Positions 10,105 to 19,307 of a stretch of DNA of 64,000 bases are shown here, piece after piece; the stretch's first letter is position 1; every line of letters starts with the position of its first letter. A program made the position numbers and the translations under genes. Under the pieces are notes generated by a model. It was not told the DNA's origin. It saw nothing but the letters and a program-made list of their open reading frames with translations, and did not search any database. The stretch comes from Candidatus Moraniibacteriota bacterium (lineage in GTDB: Bacteria; Patescibacteriota; Minisyncoccia; Moranbacterales; UBA1568), in assembly GCA_963778555.1 (NCBI GenBank), contig CAVZUR010000004.1, positions 26,190 through 90,189 on the forward strand, written 5' to 3'.

Positions 10105-11702
10105 GGACTATGGAGACCTTGATGAGAGTGGTTCGTAGCTGGCGAAGCGATCCGCAGGTCCTTTTTGGAGGGATAGCTTTTGCCATCGCTAGCGCCGGCA
10201 TCCTGCTGTCTCTCGTTGAAGCTTTTCCTTTAGCGCCGATTGATCTCATATTTTTTAGCACGCTTCTGTTTCTTCTCTCGCTTTATCGGCCGAACTGGGG
10301 TTTTCTTTTCTTTCTCGCCATAATCTCGTTTGAAACCGTCAACGTTTTTCCGGAGAGCTTTGGTTTCTCATTGCGTCCCTACCAGTGGCAGTTTCTCATT
10401 CTCGTCAGCGCCCTCAGTATCCGAATCATATCCAGGAAATCGTCCTGGCCACTTTTCCGTTTCCAACCGCTCGACGGATGGCTCGCGCTCATTCCTGTCG
10501 GCGCTTGGGTTTCTGGAGTCCTCTCGGGCGGGGAGGGGATACGGCTCGCAGCAATTGTTACGTCATTCTATACGCTCTACCTCCTCAGCCGGGTCTTTTT
10601 CACAACTTCCCGGGATATTCAGATTGGCGGGGCAGTCTTCTTTGCTGGTGGACTGGCGACACTGCTTTTCGGTCTCATCCAAAACATCGCTTTTGAAAAG
10701 GGGATACTGCTCCAGATGATTATGCCAGGTCGACCCAATGCTATGCTCGCGGAGCCAGACTGGTTCGGATTTTTTGCTGTCATTCTGCTCGTATTCACCT
10801 ATACGGCGCTCCAGCGCGCTCTCCAGAGTGAAGAGCGGCAGGCGAGTCTCCAGCTCCCTCCAATTATTGGTTTCGCTCTTCTTCTCATTCCGATAAGTAC
10901 CGCACTCCTTCTCACCGTCAGCCGGAGCGCCTGGCTCGCGGGCTTCATGGCTCTTATCGTCTGGACTATCAGTCTGGTCATCATCCAAGGCAGGGAAGCG
11001 TTGCGTTCCATCCTTCAAACAGCTGAGCTTGGCGCCATCGCTTTTGCCATCGCTCTCTTTCTCGCGGTCGATCTTCCTCTGACGCGCTTCGATCTCTTGA
11101 ACCGGGCAGAAAGCACAGCGACCGGTTTTCAGGAAATAACCGTGGCATGCTCGGAACCGGTCGATCTGCCGGTTCGAATCCAAACGCTCGCCGAATTATC
11201 GACGTATGACTGCCGGCACATCGCGCTTGAAGAACGGGCAGCGCTTCGAGCTGCGGGACTCTCAATCCAACTCGTACAGCGTCCGGACCCGAATATTGTC
11301 ATTCGGAGCGAGATCTATCGCCAGACATGGGCTCAAATCCGCACCCATCCATTCACAGGCATCGGGTGGGGTAATATTGGTGATATCCTCGGGCGTGATG
11401 AGCGGGGCGCGGCCTATAACACGAGCAATGTATGGTTTGAAACATTGCTCGGCAGCGGCCTCCTCGGCCTCCTCGGTCTGGCCGGAGCGCTGTGTTCGAT
11501 TCTCTGGCAGGGCGTTCGAATGATACTGCGACCAGCGGCCCATGAACAGTCAATGGCGCTCTCATTGCCCGCAGTTTTTTCAATCGTGACCGCTTTTGTC
11601 ATTTTCAATCTTTTTAATGCCGGCTTGCTCATCGGTCTCGTCTGGGTACTCTTCGCAACGGTCCCGGTTCTGCTTCCGCAGACTAAGCGGAAAAACGTAT
11701 GA
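10101..11702 (+). CDS. O-antigen ligase/Wzy_C-like membrane protein
   Basis: RPNAMLAEPD, TVSRSAWL, HPFTGIGWG motifs and many TMs. ATGA overlap with the upstream gene. Confidence 0.85.
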   Translation: MRTMETLMRVVRSWRSDPQVLFGGIAFAIASAGILLSLVEAFPLAPIDLIFFSTLLFLLSLYRPNWGFLFFLAIISFETVNVFPESFGFSLRPYQWQFLILVSALSIRIISRKSSWPLFRFQPLDGWLALIPVGAWVSGVLSGGEGIRLAAIVTSFYTLYLLSRVFFTTSRDIQIGGAVFFAGGLATLLFGLIQNIAFEKGILLQMIMPGRPNAMLAEPDWFGFFAVILLVFTYTALQRALQSEERQASLQLPPIIGFALLLIPISTALLLTVSRSAWLAGFMALIVWTISLVIIQGREALRSILQTAELGAIAFAIALFLAVDLPLTRFDLLNRAESTATGFQEITVACSEPVDLPVRIQTLAELSTYDCRHIALEERAALRAAGLSIQLVQRPDPNIVIRSEIYRQTWAQIRTHPFTGIGWGNIGDILGRDERGAAYNTSNVWFETLLGSGLLGLLGLAGALCSILWQGVRMILRPAAHEQSMALSLPAVFSIVTAFVIFNLFNAGLLIGLVWVLFATVPVLLPQTKRKNV

Positions 11703-12868
11703 CTCCGGAAAAACCCCTCACTATCGGCATTGATATCCGGATCATCGGAAAGAAACGAACGGGGGACGAGGTGGTTTTTTTCCAACTGGTTCGAGAACTT
11801 ATCCGGCGCCATGATGCCTGTTGTCGGTATGAGTTGTACACTGATGAGACTGATGATGACACGCTCGCGTCACTGAGGATCAAGTTGGAAGCAATCGGAA
11901 GGAGTGATATCGAGATTCTCTCCATTCGAGCCGCCAACCGTTTCATCTGGAATGCGATTGCCATGCCGTGGCGCCTCCTTCGACGTCCAGTCGATGTGTT
12001 TCATACGCAGTATATTCTGCCGCTCTGGCTTCCGCGACGACTCAAAGTTGTCGCGCATGTCCATGACGTCTCCTTCCGTGTTCATCCGGAGTGGATTGGG
12101 CGCTGGGATCATTTGTATCTCGCCTGTTTGATGCCGCGAACCTTTTCCCGGTCGGACCGCATCATTGCGCCCTCTGAATTCACGCGATCCGAGATACTGA
12201 AATACTACAGCGTCCCTGGCGACCGTGTCGTCGTAGTAGAGAATGCCGCCGCCGAAGAATGGTTTCATCCCGCTCGCATCGAAGATATCGAGCGAACGGT
12301 ACGACGGTTCGGCCTCGAACGGGGCCAGTACTTCATCTCATCCGGTACGCTGCAGCCACGGAAAAACATCCCGTTCCTCATCACTACTTTTACCCAGGCG
12401 GTGAAAGAGCGAGGGCTGCCGTACCCGCTCGTGCTTACTGGAAATCCTGCCGGGCATAACGTCGATTCGACACTTCAAAAGACTTCCGATGAAAGCATCC
12501 GATATGTCGGCTATGTCTCCGACGACGATATACGCTCTTTGGTCGCGGGCGCGCGAGGCTCGATTGTGCCGTCGCTGTATGAGGGATTTGGACTGCCCAT
12601 CGAGGAAGCGCTAGCCGTGGGAACTCCGGTGTTGGCCGCTGATATACCGGTTTTCCACGAGGTAGGGCGTGATCGGATTCAATTCTTTGATTCCCGGACA
12701 CTTGCTCCAGCCGTCGAAAATCTGTATAATTTTGCTATTGACGATTTTTCTAAAGAGCACTTGCAAGAGAGAATCTCTGGTCAGACGACAATATACTCCT
12801 GGCCCCGGAGCGCCGAAAAACTCGTTCAGCTCTATCAGAAAGTAGGAGAGGACCCTGTTAAACGCTAA
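11699..12868 (+). CDS. Glycosyltransferase family 4
   Basis: HDVSF, GTLQPRKN, PSLYEGFGLPIEEA. Confidence 0.93.
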   Translation: MTPEKPLTIGIDIRIIGKKRTGDEVVFFQLVRELIRRHDACCRYELYTDETDDDTLASLRIKLEAIGRSDIEILSIRAANRFIWNAIAMPWRLLRRPVDVFHTQYILPLWLPRRLKVVAHVHDVSFRVHPEWIGRWDHLYLACLMPRTFSRSDRIIAPSEFTRSEILKYYSVPGDRVVVVENAAAEEWFHPARIEDIERTVRRFGLERGQYFISSGTLQPRKNIPFLITTFTQAVKERGLPYPLVLTGNPAGHNVDSTLQKTSDESIRYVGYVSDDDIRSLVAGARGSIVPSLYEGFGLPIEEALAVGTPVLAADIPVFHEVGRDRIQFFDSRTLAPAVENLYNFAIDDFSKEHLQERISGQTTIYSWPRSAEKLVQLYQKVGEDPVKR

Positions 12869-12878
12869 CCATCCACCC

Positions 12879-14096
12879 ATGTTTTCCCAGGAGAAGCCCG
12901 TTCCACCGGAGCGCGTTGCACCACCCGCTGACCAGAAAAAACGCATCATCCGGGTAGTGTTGTTTTTTGTCGCGTTGGCGATTATCGCTGGAACAACCTT
13001 TTTCGTGAAGGCGGGATTTGTTTTTGATAAGATCTCTTTAGGGAAGGACGGTATTTTCAAGAATCTCGTTCGCTCATTACCCGGCACTCAAGACACGTTG
13101 AAAGGCGAGGCTACGGGTCGGATCAATGTGTTGCTGATCGGAATGCGGGGTGAAAATGTCCCGGGCGGCGGACTCTTGGCCGATACGATCATGGTTCTCT
13201 CGCTCCATCCAAAGGACGATAAGATCGAGGGTGATACGGCCCGGGCTTCCCTCATTTCCATTCCGCGTGACCTCTTCGTAAAAGTGCCGGGGCGTGAAGA
13301 GCAGCGGAAAATCAATGCGGTGTATGCATTGGGTCAAGAGCGCGGGAAAGGCGGGGGAATCGATGATATGCGACAGATAGTCGGCGAGGTTACGGGCCAA
13401 GATATCCCATATGCGGTGGTCATCAATTTTCAGGGTTTCAAGGATCTCGTGAATGCTCTTGGTGGCGTGTCGATGCATCTGGACGAACCTTTTGAGGAAA
13501 GCATGCAGTTCCGTGGCTTGCAGCAGCGCTGCGACGGCGTGCGTTTTACGATTCCTTCCGGGTCGTTTGAGGAAAAAAGAATTAAGCGAAAAAACGGCAC
13601 CTACTACGCCAATCTGAAGCGCTACCCGCTGTGTTTCGAAAAAATGACTTCACAAGCCATCCTTGAACTGGAGTGCGGTGGCGACTTCAAGCTCCCGGCT
13701 GGGGATAGCGTCCTCGATGGCGACCAAGCGCTCTGTTATGCTCGCGCTCGCTACCAGAGCAATGATTTCGAGCGAGCCAAGCGTCAACAGCGCGTCATCC
13801 AATCCATCAAAGAAAAGGCGCTCTCAATCGGGACGCTGACGGATTTCGGAAAAATAAATGCGTTGCTCGACAGTCTCGGCAATAACGTACTTATCAATAC
13901 GGAGGCCTGGGAGGCGAAGCGTTTTTTCGAGCTGTACCAGGCGAATCAGAATGTTACGCTGACACAGCGCGTTCTCGAGGACTCCGAGGAAGGACTGCTG
14001 TATACGCCGCCCGCGACGCCAGAATCGGGCTATATCCTCCTGCCGCGTGGTGACAATTATGAGCGTATTCAAGCCCTCTTCCGCGACCTTCCCTAA
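12879..14096 (+). CDS. LCP (LytR-CpsA-Psr) family glycopolymer transferase
   Basis: N-terminal TM, LADTIM, SIPRD, KINA, YARAR...DFERAKRQQ. Confidence 0.93.
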   Translation: MFSQEKPVPPERVAPPADQKKRIIRVVLFFVALAIIAGTTFFVKAGFVFDKISLGKDGIFKNLVRSLPGTQDTLKGEATGRINVLLIGMRGENVPGGGLLADTIMVLSLHPKDDKIEGDTARASLISIPRDLFVKVPGREEQRKINAVYALGQERGKGGGIDDMRQIVGEVTGQDIPYAVVINFQGFKDLVNALGGVSMHLDEPFEESMQFRGLQQRCDGVRFTIPSGSFEEKRIKRKNGTYYANLKRYPLCFEKMTSQAILELECGGDFKLPAGDSVLDGDQALCYARARYQSNDFERAKRQQRVIQSIKEKALSIGTLTDFGKINALLDSLGNNVLINTEAWEAKRFFELYQANQNVTLTQRVLEDSEEGLLYTPPATPESGYILLPRGDNYERIQALFRDLP

Positions 14097-14107
14097 ATTG
14101 CCCCAGC

Positions 14108-14932
14108 ATGCCGCCTCTCGAGGTCTCTATCGCGGTCAATAGCTATCGGAGTCCGGAATTGCTTCGCCTCTGTCTTGAGGCTATCCGCCGTGAACTGGCC
14201 GGAGCGCACTTTACATATGAAGTGCTCGTCGTTGATTCGGCGACCGAAGAGGATACGGAAATGTTGTTACGCGAGGAATTTCCCGATGTTCGATTCTTTC
14301 CGCATCCGGAAAACGTCGGTTTCGGTCGACTCATCAATACCTCAATCCGGGAATCAGTCGGACAGTATGTGTTCTTCCTCAACGCAGATATCATTCTCCA
14401 GTCAGAGACGGTCGGTGCGCTTTTGGCATACGCCCAGTCTCATCCCGATGTCGGGCTTGTCGGTCCGAAACAACTGAATTTCAACGGCTCACTTCAGGCG
14501 ACATGTCTGCGTTTCTATCGGCCAATGACAATCGTCTACCGTCGGACTTGGCTGAAGCATTTTTCCTTCGGACAACGACATCTCGATTGGTTTACGATGC
14601 GTGATTTTGATCATGCCACTGAACGCGACGTAGACTGGATCATGGGATCAGCCCTCTTCGCGTCGCGCTCCGCCATAGATGCTGTCGGCCCGATGGACAG
14701 TCAGTTTTTCATGTACATGGAAGATGTCGACTGGTGCCGCCGTTACTGGGAGAAAGGATACCGTGTCGTCTACGTCCCTCAAGCCTCGGTGTACCACTAC
14801 CATGCCAAAGGAAGTGCAAAAGGAGGTTTTTTCGGATCGCTCTTCATGAATCGACTAACCTGGTACCATATAGAGAGTGCGCTACGCTATTTTTTCAAAT
14901 ACCGCGGTAAACCATTACCCAAACATGCCTAG
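14108..14932 (+). CDS. Glycosyltransferase family 2 (WbbL-like rhamnosyltransferase)
   Basis: ENVGFG, FLNADI, DWIMGS, FFMYMEDVDWC. Confidence 0.9.
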   Translation: MPPLEVSIAVNSYRSPELLRLCLEAIRRELAGAHFTYEVLVVDSATEEDTEMLLREEFPDVRFFPHPENVGFGRLINTSIRESVGQYVFFLNADIILQSETVGALLAYAQSHPDVGLVGPKQLNFNGSLQATCLRFYRPMTIVYRRTWLKHFSFGQRHLDWFTMRDFDHATERDVDWIMGSALFASRSAIDAVGPMDSQFFMYMEDVDWCRRYWEKGYRVVYVPQASVYHYHAKGSAKGGFFGSLFMNRLTWYHIESALRYFFKYRGKPLPKHA

Positions 14933-16232
14933 TCCTATGGAAGATCGGATTGCAAGTGTCACGACCAATTCAAGCGCAGTACTCCGTCCGCCGAATGCCA
15001 GCCGACGCTATATTGTCGTGGGCGTAATGATTGGACTGGTTGTCTTTGCGTTCTATGCGGGGTATCAGAAGGGTCAGGCCGGCCCGGGCATGAGTGAGAC
15101 GCCAATTTCGCTTGACCAAGCAACCTTCCGGGGTACTCAGGAAGGTCAGGATGCGGCCATTGATTTCTCTTTGTTCTGGAAGGTCTGGAACCTGCTGAAG
15201 GAGAAATATGTCGAGCGCGACGCGCTGGATGCGAAAAAACTGTTTTACGGCGCAATCGATGGCATGCTAGCCGCGACCGGCGATCCCTATACGACATTTT
15301 TTGATCCGAAAGAGAACAAGGATTTCAAAGAAGAACTCGGACAGTCATTCGATGGCATCGGCGCAGAGATGCAAATCAAGGACGGTATCCTGACGGTCGT
15401 CGCTCCGCTGGACGGTTCACCGGCAGAGAAGGCCGGTATCCGGGCGGGGGACAAGGTTCTGAAGATCAACGGGGAGTCGACGGAAAACCTTGGTCTCTCC
15501 GAAGCAGTGGATCGGATTCGCGGTCCGCGGGGCAGCGAAGTGACTCTGTCCATCTTTCATCCGGACGAGGATGAGCGCCTGCGTGAAGTAGTCGTGCAGC
15601 GGGACGTGATCACTGTGAAGAGCGTGGTGCTTGAGATGCGCGACGATGGCATCGCATCTATTCGGGTGACCCGTTTCGGCGAAGATACAACTGACGAGTT
15701 TCAGCGGATTGCCTCGGATGCGAAGCGCCAAGGTGCCCGTGGCATACTCCTCGATGTGAGAAATAATCCCGGCGGTTTCCTTGAGGGTGCCGTCGATTTG
15801 GGTGGCTATTTCCTGCCGGCCGGGTCAGTTGTTGTGATTGAAGAGAACGCGAAAAAGGAGCGTCAAGAATTGAAAACCAGCGGTGCCCCCGCATTCGGTA
15901 CCCTGCCCGTCGTGATTCTTATCAACGAAGGGAGCGCGAGCGCCTCAGAGATTCTGGCCGCTGGCATCCGGGAGAACCGCTCTGACACCGTGTTGATTGG
16001 AGAGAAATCCTTCGGCAAGGGATCGGTTCAGGAGCTGATACCGACTTCAAGCACGACCTCGGTTAAAATCACCGTCGCTCACTGGCTGACGCCGGACGGA
16101 CATCAAATCAATACCGTTGGTATCAGTCCGGACGAGGAGGTGAAACTCACGCGTGAGGACTTTGAGGCTGATCGCGATCCGCAGTTCGACCGTGCGCTTT
16201 CGGTCCTTTTGGAAAAGATGCGGACTCAATAA
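14925..16232 (+). CDS. ctpA: S41 family carboxyl-terminal processing protease (PDZ)
   Basis: DPYT, GIGA PDZ domain, LDVRNNPGG, SASASEI, SFGKGSVQ. Confidence 0.93.
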   Translation: MPSPMEDRIASVTTNSSAVLRPPNASRRYIVVGVMIGLVVFAFYAGYQKGQAGPGMSETPISLDQATFRGTQEGQDAAIDFSLFWKVWNLLKEKYVERDALDAKKLFYGAIDGMLAATGDPYTTFFDPKENKDFKEELGQSFDGIGAEMQIKDGILTVVAPLDGSPAEKAGIRAGDKVLKINGESTENLGLSEAVDRIRGPRGSEVTLSIFHPDEDERLREVVVQRDVITVKSVVLEMRDDGIASIRVTRFGEDTTDEFQRIASDAKRQGARGILLDVRNNPGGFLEGAVDLGGYFLPAGSVVVIEENAKKERQELKTSGAPAFGTLPVVILINEGSASASEILAAGIRENRSDTVLIGEKSFGKGSVQELIPTSSTTSVKITVAHWLTPDGHQINTVGISPDEEVKLTREDFEADRDPQFDRALSVLLEKMRTQ

Positions 16233-16249
16233 CTATTGGACACAAATCT

Positions 16250-16588
16250 ATGGGTGCGTTTGAACAAACGCTGCATGTCTATCGAGAGGCGAGCCAAGAG
16301 CACGCTGAAAATCCTACTGAATTAAAGCGTCTCCGGTCTAATTATTTGCAAAAGGCGTGGGCGGACAAAAAATGCGCCGCTTTGACCGTGGCTGATGAAT
16401 CGGAGCGCGAAGCGATCACAGTCCAGTGGATGGAGGAGTTGGGAGCGTGGTTTAGAGAGAACATCCTCGAGTCTCTGGTAAGGATAGAGGGCAAATCTCG
16501 GAGTGATTATTTTCTGGAGCTTTTTGAAACCAATCCGCCGAAAGCTGTCGAAGAATTGGATACGCTTTTCAAGCAGTCTCGCCACTGA
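16250..16588 (+). CDS. Hypothetical protein
   Basis: 112-aa ORF filling the gap between ctpA and the groES promoter. Confidence 0.65.
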   Translation: MGAFEQTLHVYREASQEHAENPTELKRLRSNYLQKAWADKKCAALTVADESEREAITVQWMEELGAWFRENILESLVRIEGKSRSDYFLELFETNPPKAVEELDTLFKQSRH

Positions 16589-16615
16589 TTAGCACTCTCT
16601 TGACGAGTCTGCTAA
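16589..16615 (+). promoter_or_regulatory. CIRCE element (HrcA operator), 2 mismatches
   Basis: TTAGCACTC-N9-GTCTGCTAA overlapping a TTGACG -35 upstream of groES. Confidence 0.85.
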
Positions 16616-16660
16616 GCATCGATACACTAAGAGGCAGTAACATCGCTAAATCCTCACTCT

Positions 16661-16948
16661 ATGTCCAAAAGAATTCGTATTCAACCCCTTGGGGAGAATG
16701 TGCTCGTGAAAATCGAAGCGAAGGAGAAGAAGACAGCATCAGGTCTGTATCTGCCGGAAACTAACTCAGGTGAGCGGGAACAGCAAGGGACAGTCGTAGC
16801 GATCGGCTCTGATAAGGAAATCAAGGTGAAGCCCGGTAGTGTGGTCATTTTCAAACGGTACGGCACGAGCGAAGAGCTCAAGCTAGCCGGCGTTGATCAT
16901 ATCTTGCTCAATTATAAGGACGTCCTCGCTGTCGTCCTCTCGAAATGA
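16661..16948 (+). CDS. groES: Co-chaperonin GroES
   Basis: IQPLGENVLV, KTASGLYLP, GTVVAIG, and an upstream CIRCE. Confidence 0.93.
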   Translation: MSKRIRIQPLGENVLVKIEAKEKKTASGLYLPETNSGEREQQGTVVAIGSDKEIKVKPGSVVIFKRYGTSEELKLAGVDHILLNYKDVLAVVLSK

Positions 16949-16955
16949 GTGAAAG

Positions 16956-16984
16956 AAAAAAACAGCTTGCGGAACTGTTTTTTC
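16956..16984. terminator. Bidirectional terminator after groES
   Basis: AAAAAAACAG...CTGTTTTT inverted repeat between convergent genes. Confidence 0.6.
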
Positions 16985-16999
16985 TTGTTTTCAATAGGG

Positions 17000-17836
17000 C
17001 TACTTCAATGCTGTTTCAATTGGAAGTCCTTTACTTTGCCAGGACTCGAAGCCACCGGTGATCACACGGAGACCAAAGAAGCCCATGTCAAAGAGCTGCG
17101 TTCCAGCTTGGAAGGTGTCGGCTTCTGACGCGCCATAGACAAAGAGCGAGCCGATGGCAGGAATAGAACCGCGTTCTTTTTCGATTCGAACGAGCGGAAT
17201 ATTGAGAGCGCCTGGAATATGACCGGCAGCATATTCTTGATCACTGCGGACGTCGAGTACAGTGCTCTTAACAAGTGATTGCCGGAGCTCAGGCACCTGT
17301 TCGGGCGTGACCGTGATGACTTTTGTCTGATCGATATATGACCGCGGATCACTTTTCGTGATGACGGTCCCCCCCCGACTGATCCAATTGCGGATACCAC
17401 CTTCAAGGAATCCAAAAGTCATTTTCTTTGCCGAAAAACGGTTGTGGATTTCGCGCAATTGGTCATTGGGATTCTCCTCGCCCCAGATGACGATCACGAG
17501 CTGGCCAGTTGGAGCACTATAGTTCATGAGCTCGGATGCAGTGAGCCAGTCGGAATCAATCAGATGGCTTGATTCGAAGCTCATCGAGGAGCGGATATCG
17601 ATGAAGCGGATATCTTCGTTTTTTTTGATGCGATCCAGGATATTTTCGATGCTGAGAAAGCGTAAACCGACCAGTCCAGCCTCAGGGCTAGTGACTACAG
17701 TGGCAGCTTGATGCTTCTCGTACCAAGCCTTGCCAATCATAAAGAGCGCGCCGCCGAACATCAGCGCCGCCAGGAGAAGAATTACTCTTCCCTCGCCCTT
17801 CGCTTTGGGTATTGGATTGAGCGCCGTCACTGGCAT
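17000..17836 (-). CDS. Membrane-anchored tandem rhodanese-like domain protein
   Basis: IDIR...SHL and LDVR...GHIPGALNIP repeats. No obvious catalytic Cys. Confidence 0.85.
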   Translation of the reverse strand: MPVTALNPIPKAKGEGRVILLLAALMFGGALFMIGKAWYEKHQAATVVTSPEAGLVGLRFLSIENILDRIKKNEDIRFIDIRSSMSFESSHLIDSDWLTASELMNYSAPTGQLVIVIWGEENPNDQLREIHNRFSAKKMTFGFLEGGIRNWISRGGTVITKSDPRSYIDQTKVITVTPEQVPELRQSLVKSTVLDVRSDQEYAAGHIPGALNIPLVRIEKERGSIPAIGSLFVYGASEADTFQAGTQLFDMGFFGLRVITGGFESWQSKGLPIETALK

Positions 17837-17840
17837 GTTA

Positions 17841-18836
17841 TTAAATGAGAACGGATTGAATGAAGTCAGGGTAGCCCTTGACAAAATCTTTGATACTCAT
17901 GACCTCCTTGCCTTCTAATTGGAGGGTCTGGAGAAAGATGACGCCACTCCCAGTAACAATGCCAATCTCCTCGCCGATCTCAAGCACTGTTCCAATCGGT
18001 TGAGACAGAGCAGGCGCCGTCTTCTGCAGTGTAATCGCATGAAACTTGATCCGCAGGACATCATCGGCCCCGCGCCTCCAAAAGGAAAAAATTCCGGGCC
18101 AGGGGTGGAGGCCGCGATAGTGATTATAGATCTCGCTTGCCTCGGCGGACCAAAAGATACGTCCGTCTTCGCGGTCGATGAGCTGGCAGAGAGTGACGCC
18201 ATCAGTGGCCTGCGGTGTCGCGGTGAGTGTGCGCGTAATCCACAGCGGCAAGGTCCGGACCAACAGATCGGCACCGAGCGTTGCTAGTCGCGCCAGCAGT
18301 TCCGCACCACGCTCATCAGGTCCGATCGGAGTCTGAGCAAAAGCGATGACATTTCCTGTGTCCATGCCTGGGTCGATCTCCATAAGCGTGACGCCGGTTT
18401 CAGTATCACCTGCCATGAGCGCGTTGGCGACCGGCGAGGCACCGCGCCAGCGCGGGAGGAGTGAGGCATGGATATTGACAGAGCCGAAACCAGGCAATGC
18501 AAGCACATCGGGAGGTAAAAGCTTGCCGTATGCTGCGACCACAAGGATGTCTGGCTTCCAAGCTCGAATAGTCTGAATCGCCTCAGCGTTCAGTTTCTCC
18601 GGCTGGTACACCGGCAGACCATGCCGGAGAGCACGTACCTTCACTGGAGAAGCCGTGAGCTCCTGTTTTCGGCCAGTTTTCCGATCGGGCTGTGTCACGA
18701 CGCCCACGAGATGGTAGGAGGCCTGGATTAGCGCTGCCAAGGCCGTTTCAGCAAACTCGGGCGTCCCCATGAACACCACAGAGATTTGTGGGGCTTTGAA
18801 GGTCGTCGGCGACAGAGTATCGGTTTTAGAGAGCAT
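17841..18836 (-). CDS. fmt: Methionyl-tRNA formyltransferase
   Basis: FMGTPEFA, VVTQPD, NIHASLLPRWRGASP. Confidence 0.96.
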   Translation of the reverse strand: MLSKTDTLSPTTFKAPQISVVFMGTPEFAETALAALIQASYHLVGVVTQPDRKTGRKQELTASPVKVRALRHGLPVYQPEKLNAEAIQTIRAWKPDILVVAAYGKLLPPDVLALPGFGSVNIHASLLPRWRGASPVANALMAGDTETGVTLMEIDPGMDTGNVIAFAQTPIGPDERGAELLARLATLGADLLVRTLPLWITRTLTATPQATDGVTLCQLIDREDGRIFWSAEASEIYNHYRGLHPWPGIFSFWRRGADDVLRIKFHAITLQKTAPALSQPIGTVLEIGEEIGIVTGSGVIFLQTLQLEGKEVMSIKDFVKGYPDFIQSVLI

Positions 18837-19296
18837 AGACCTTTTTGTTTTTTTGTTTTTTATAGCGGTCACAGATAAGCACGCCGTCGAGATGATCGAG
18901 CTCGTGCTGGAGGCAGATGGCGAGGAGACCGTGCGCTTTGAGTTTAGCCTGAGCACCGGCATCATCTACATATCGGACAGTGACTGACTGGGAGCGTTCG
19001 ATGGCAAAAAACTCACCCGGGAGACTCAGACAGCCCTCTTCGAACAAAATTTTTCCTCTGGAAAAGCTGGTGATTTTCGGATTGATGAAGTTCCGGATGA
19101 CGCCGTCAATCTCAATGACGCAGATCCGGAGGTTGTGGCCAATCTGGGGGGCTGCCAAACCGATGCCGTCGGCCTTTCGCATCGCAGCGAGCATCTCAAG
19201 CAAGAGCGCCTGTACATCGGGTGCGCGCGGATCTTTCACATTCTGGTTCTCGGCATGGAGGATTGCATTCTCGGCGCCGGTGACAATGGAATACAT
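18826..19296 (-). CDS. def: Peptide deformylase
   Basis: GIGLAAPQIG, EGCLS, QHELDHLDG. Confidence 0.97.
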   Translation of the reverse strand: MYSIVTGAENAILHAENQNVKDPRAPDVQALLLEMLAAMRKADGIGLAAPQIGHNLRICVIEIDGVIRNFINPKITSFSRGKILFEEGCLSLPGEFFAIERSQSVTVRYVDDAGAQAKLKAHGLLAICLQHELDHLDGVLICDRYKKQKNKKVYAL

Positions 19297-19307
19297 AGGG
19301 CAGAAAA

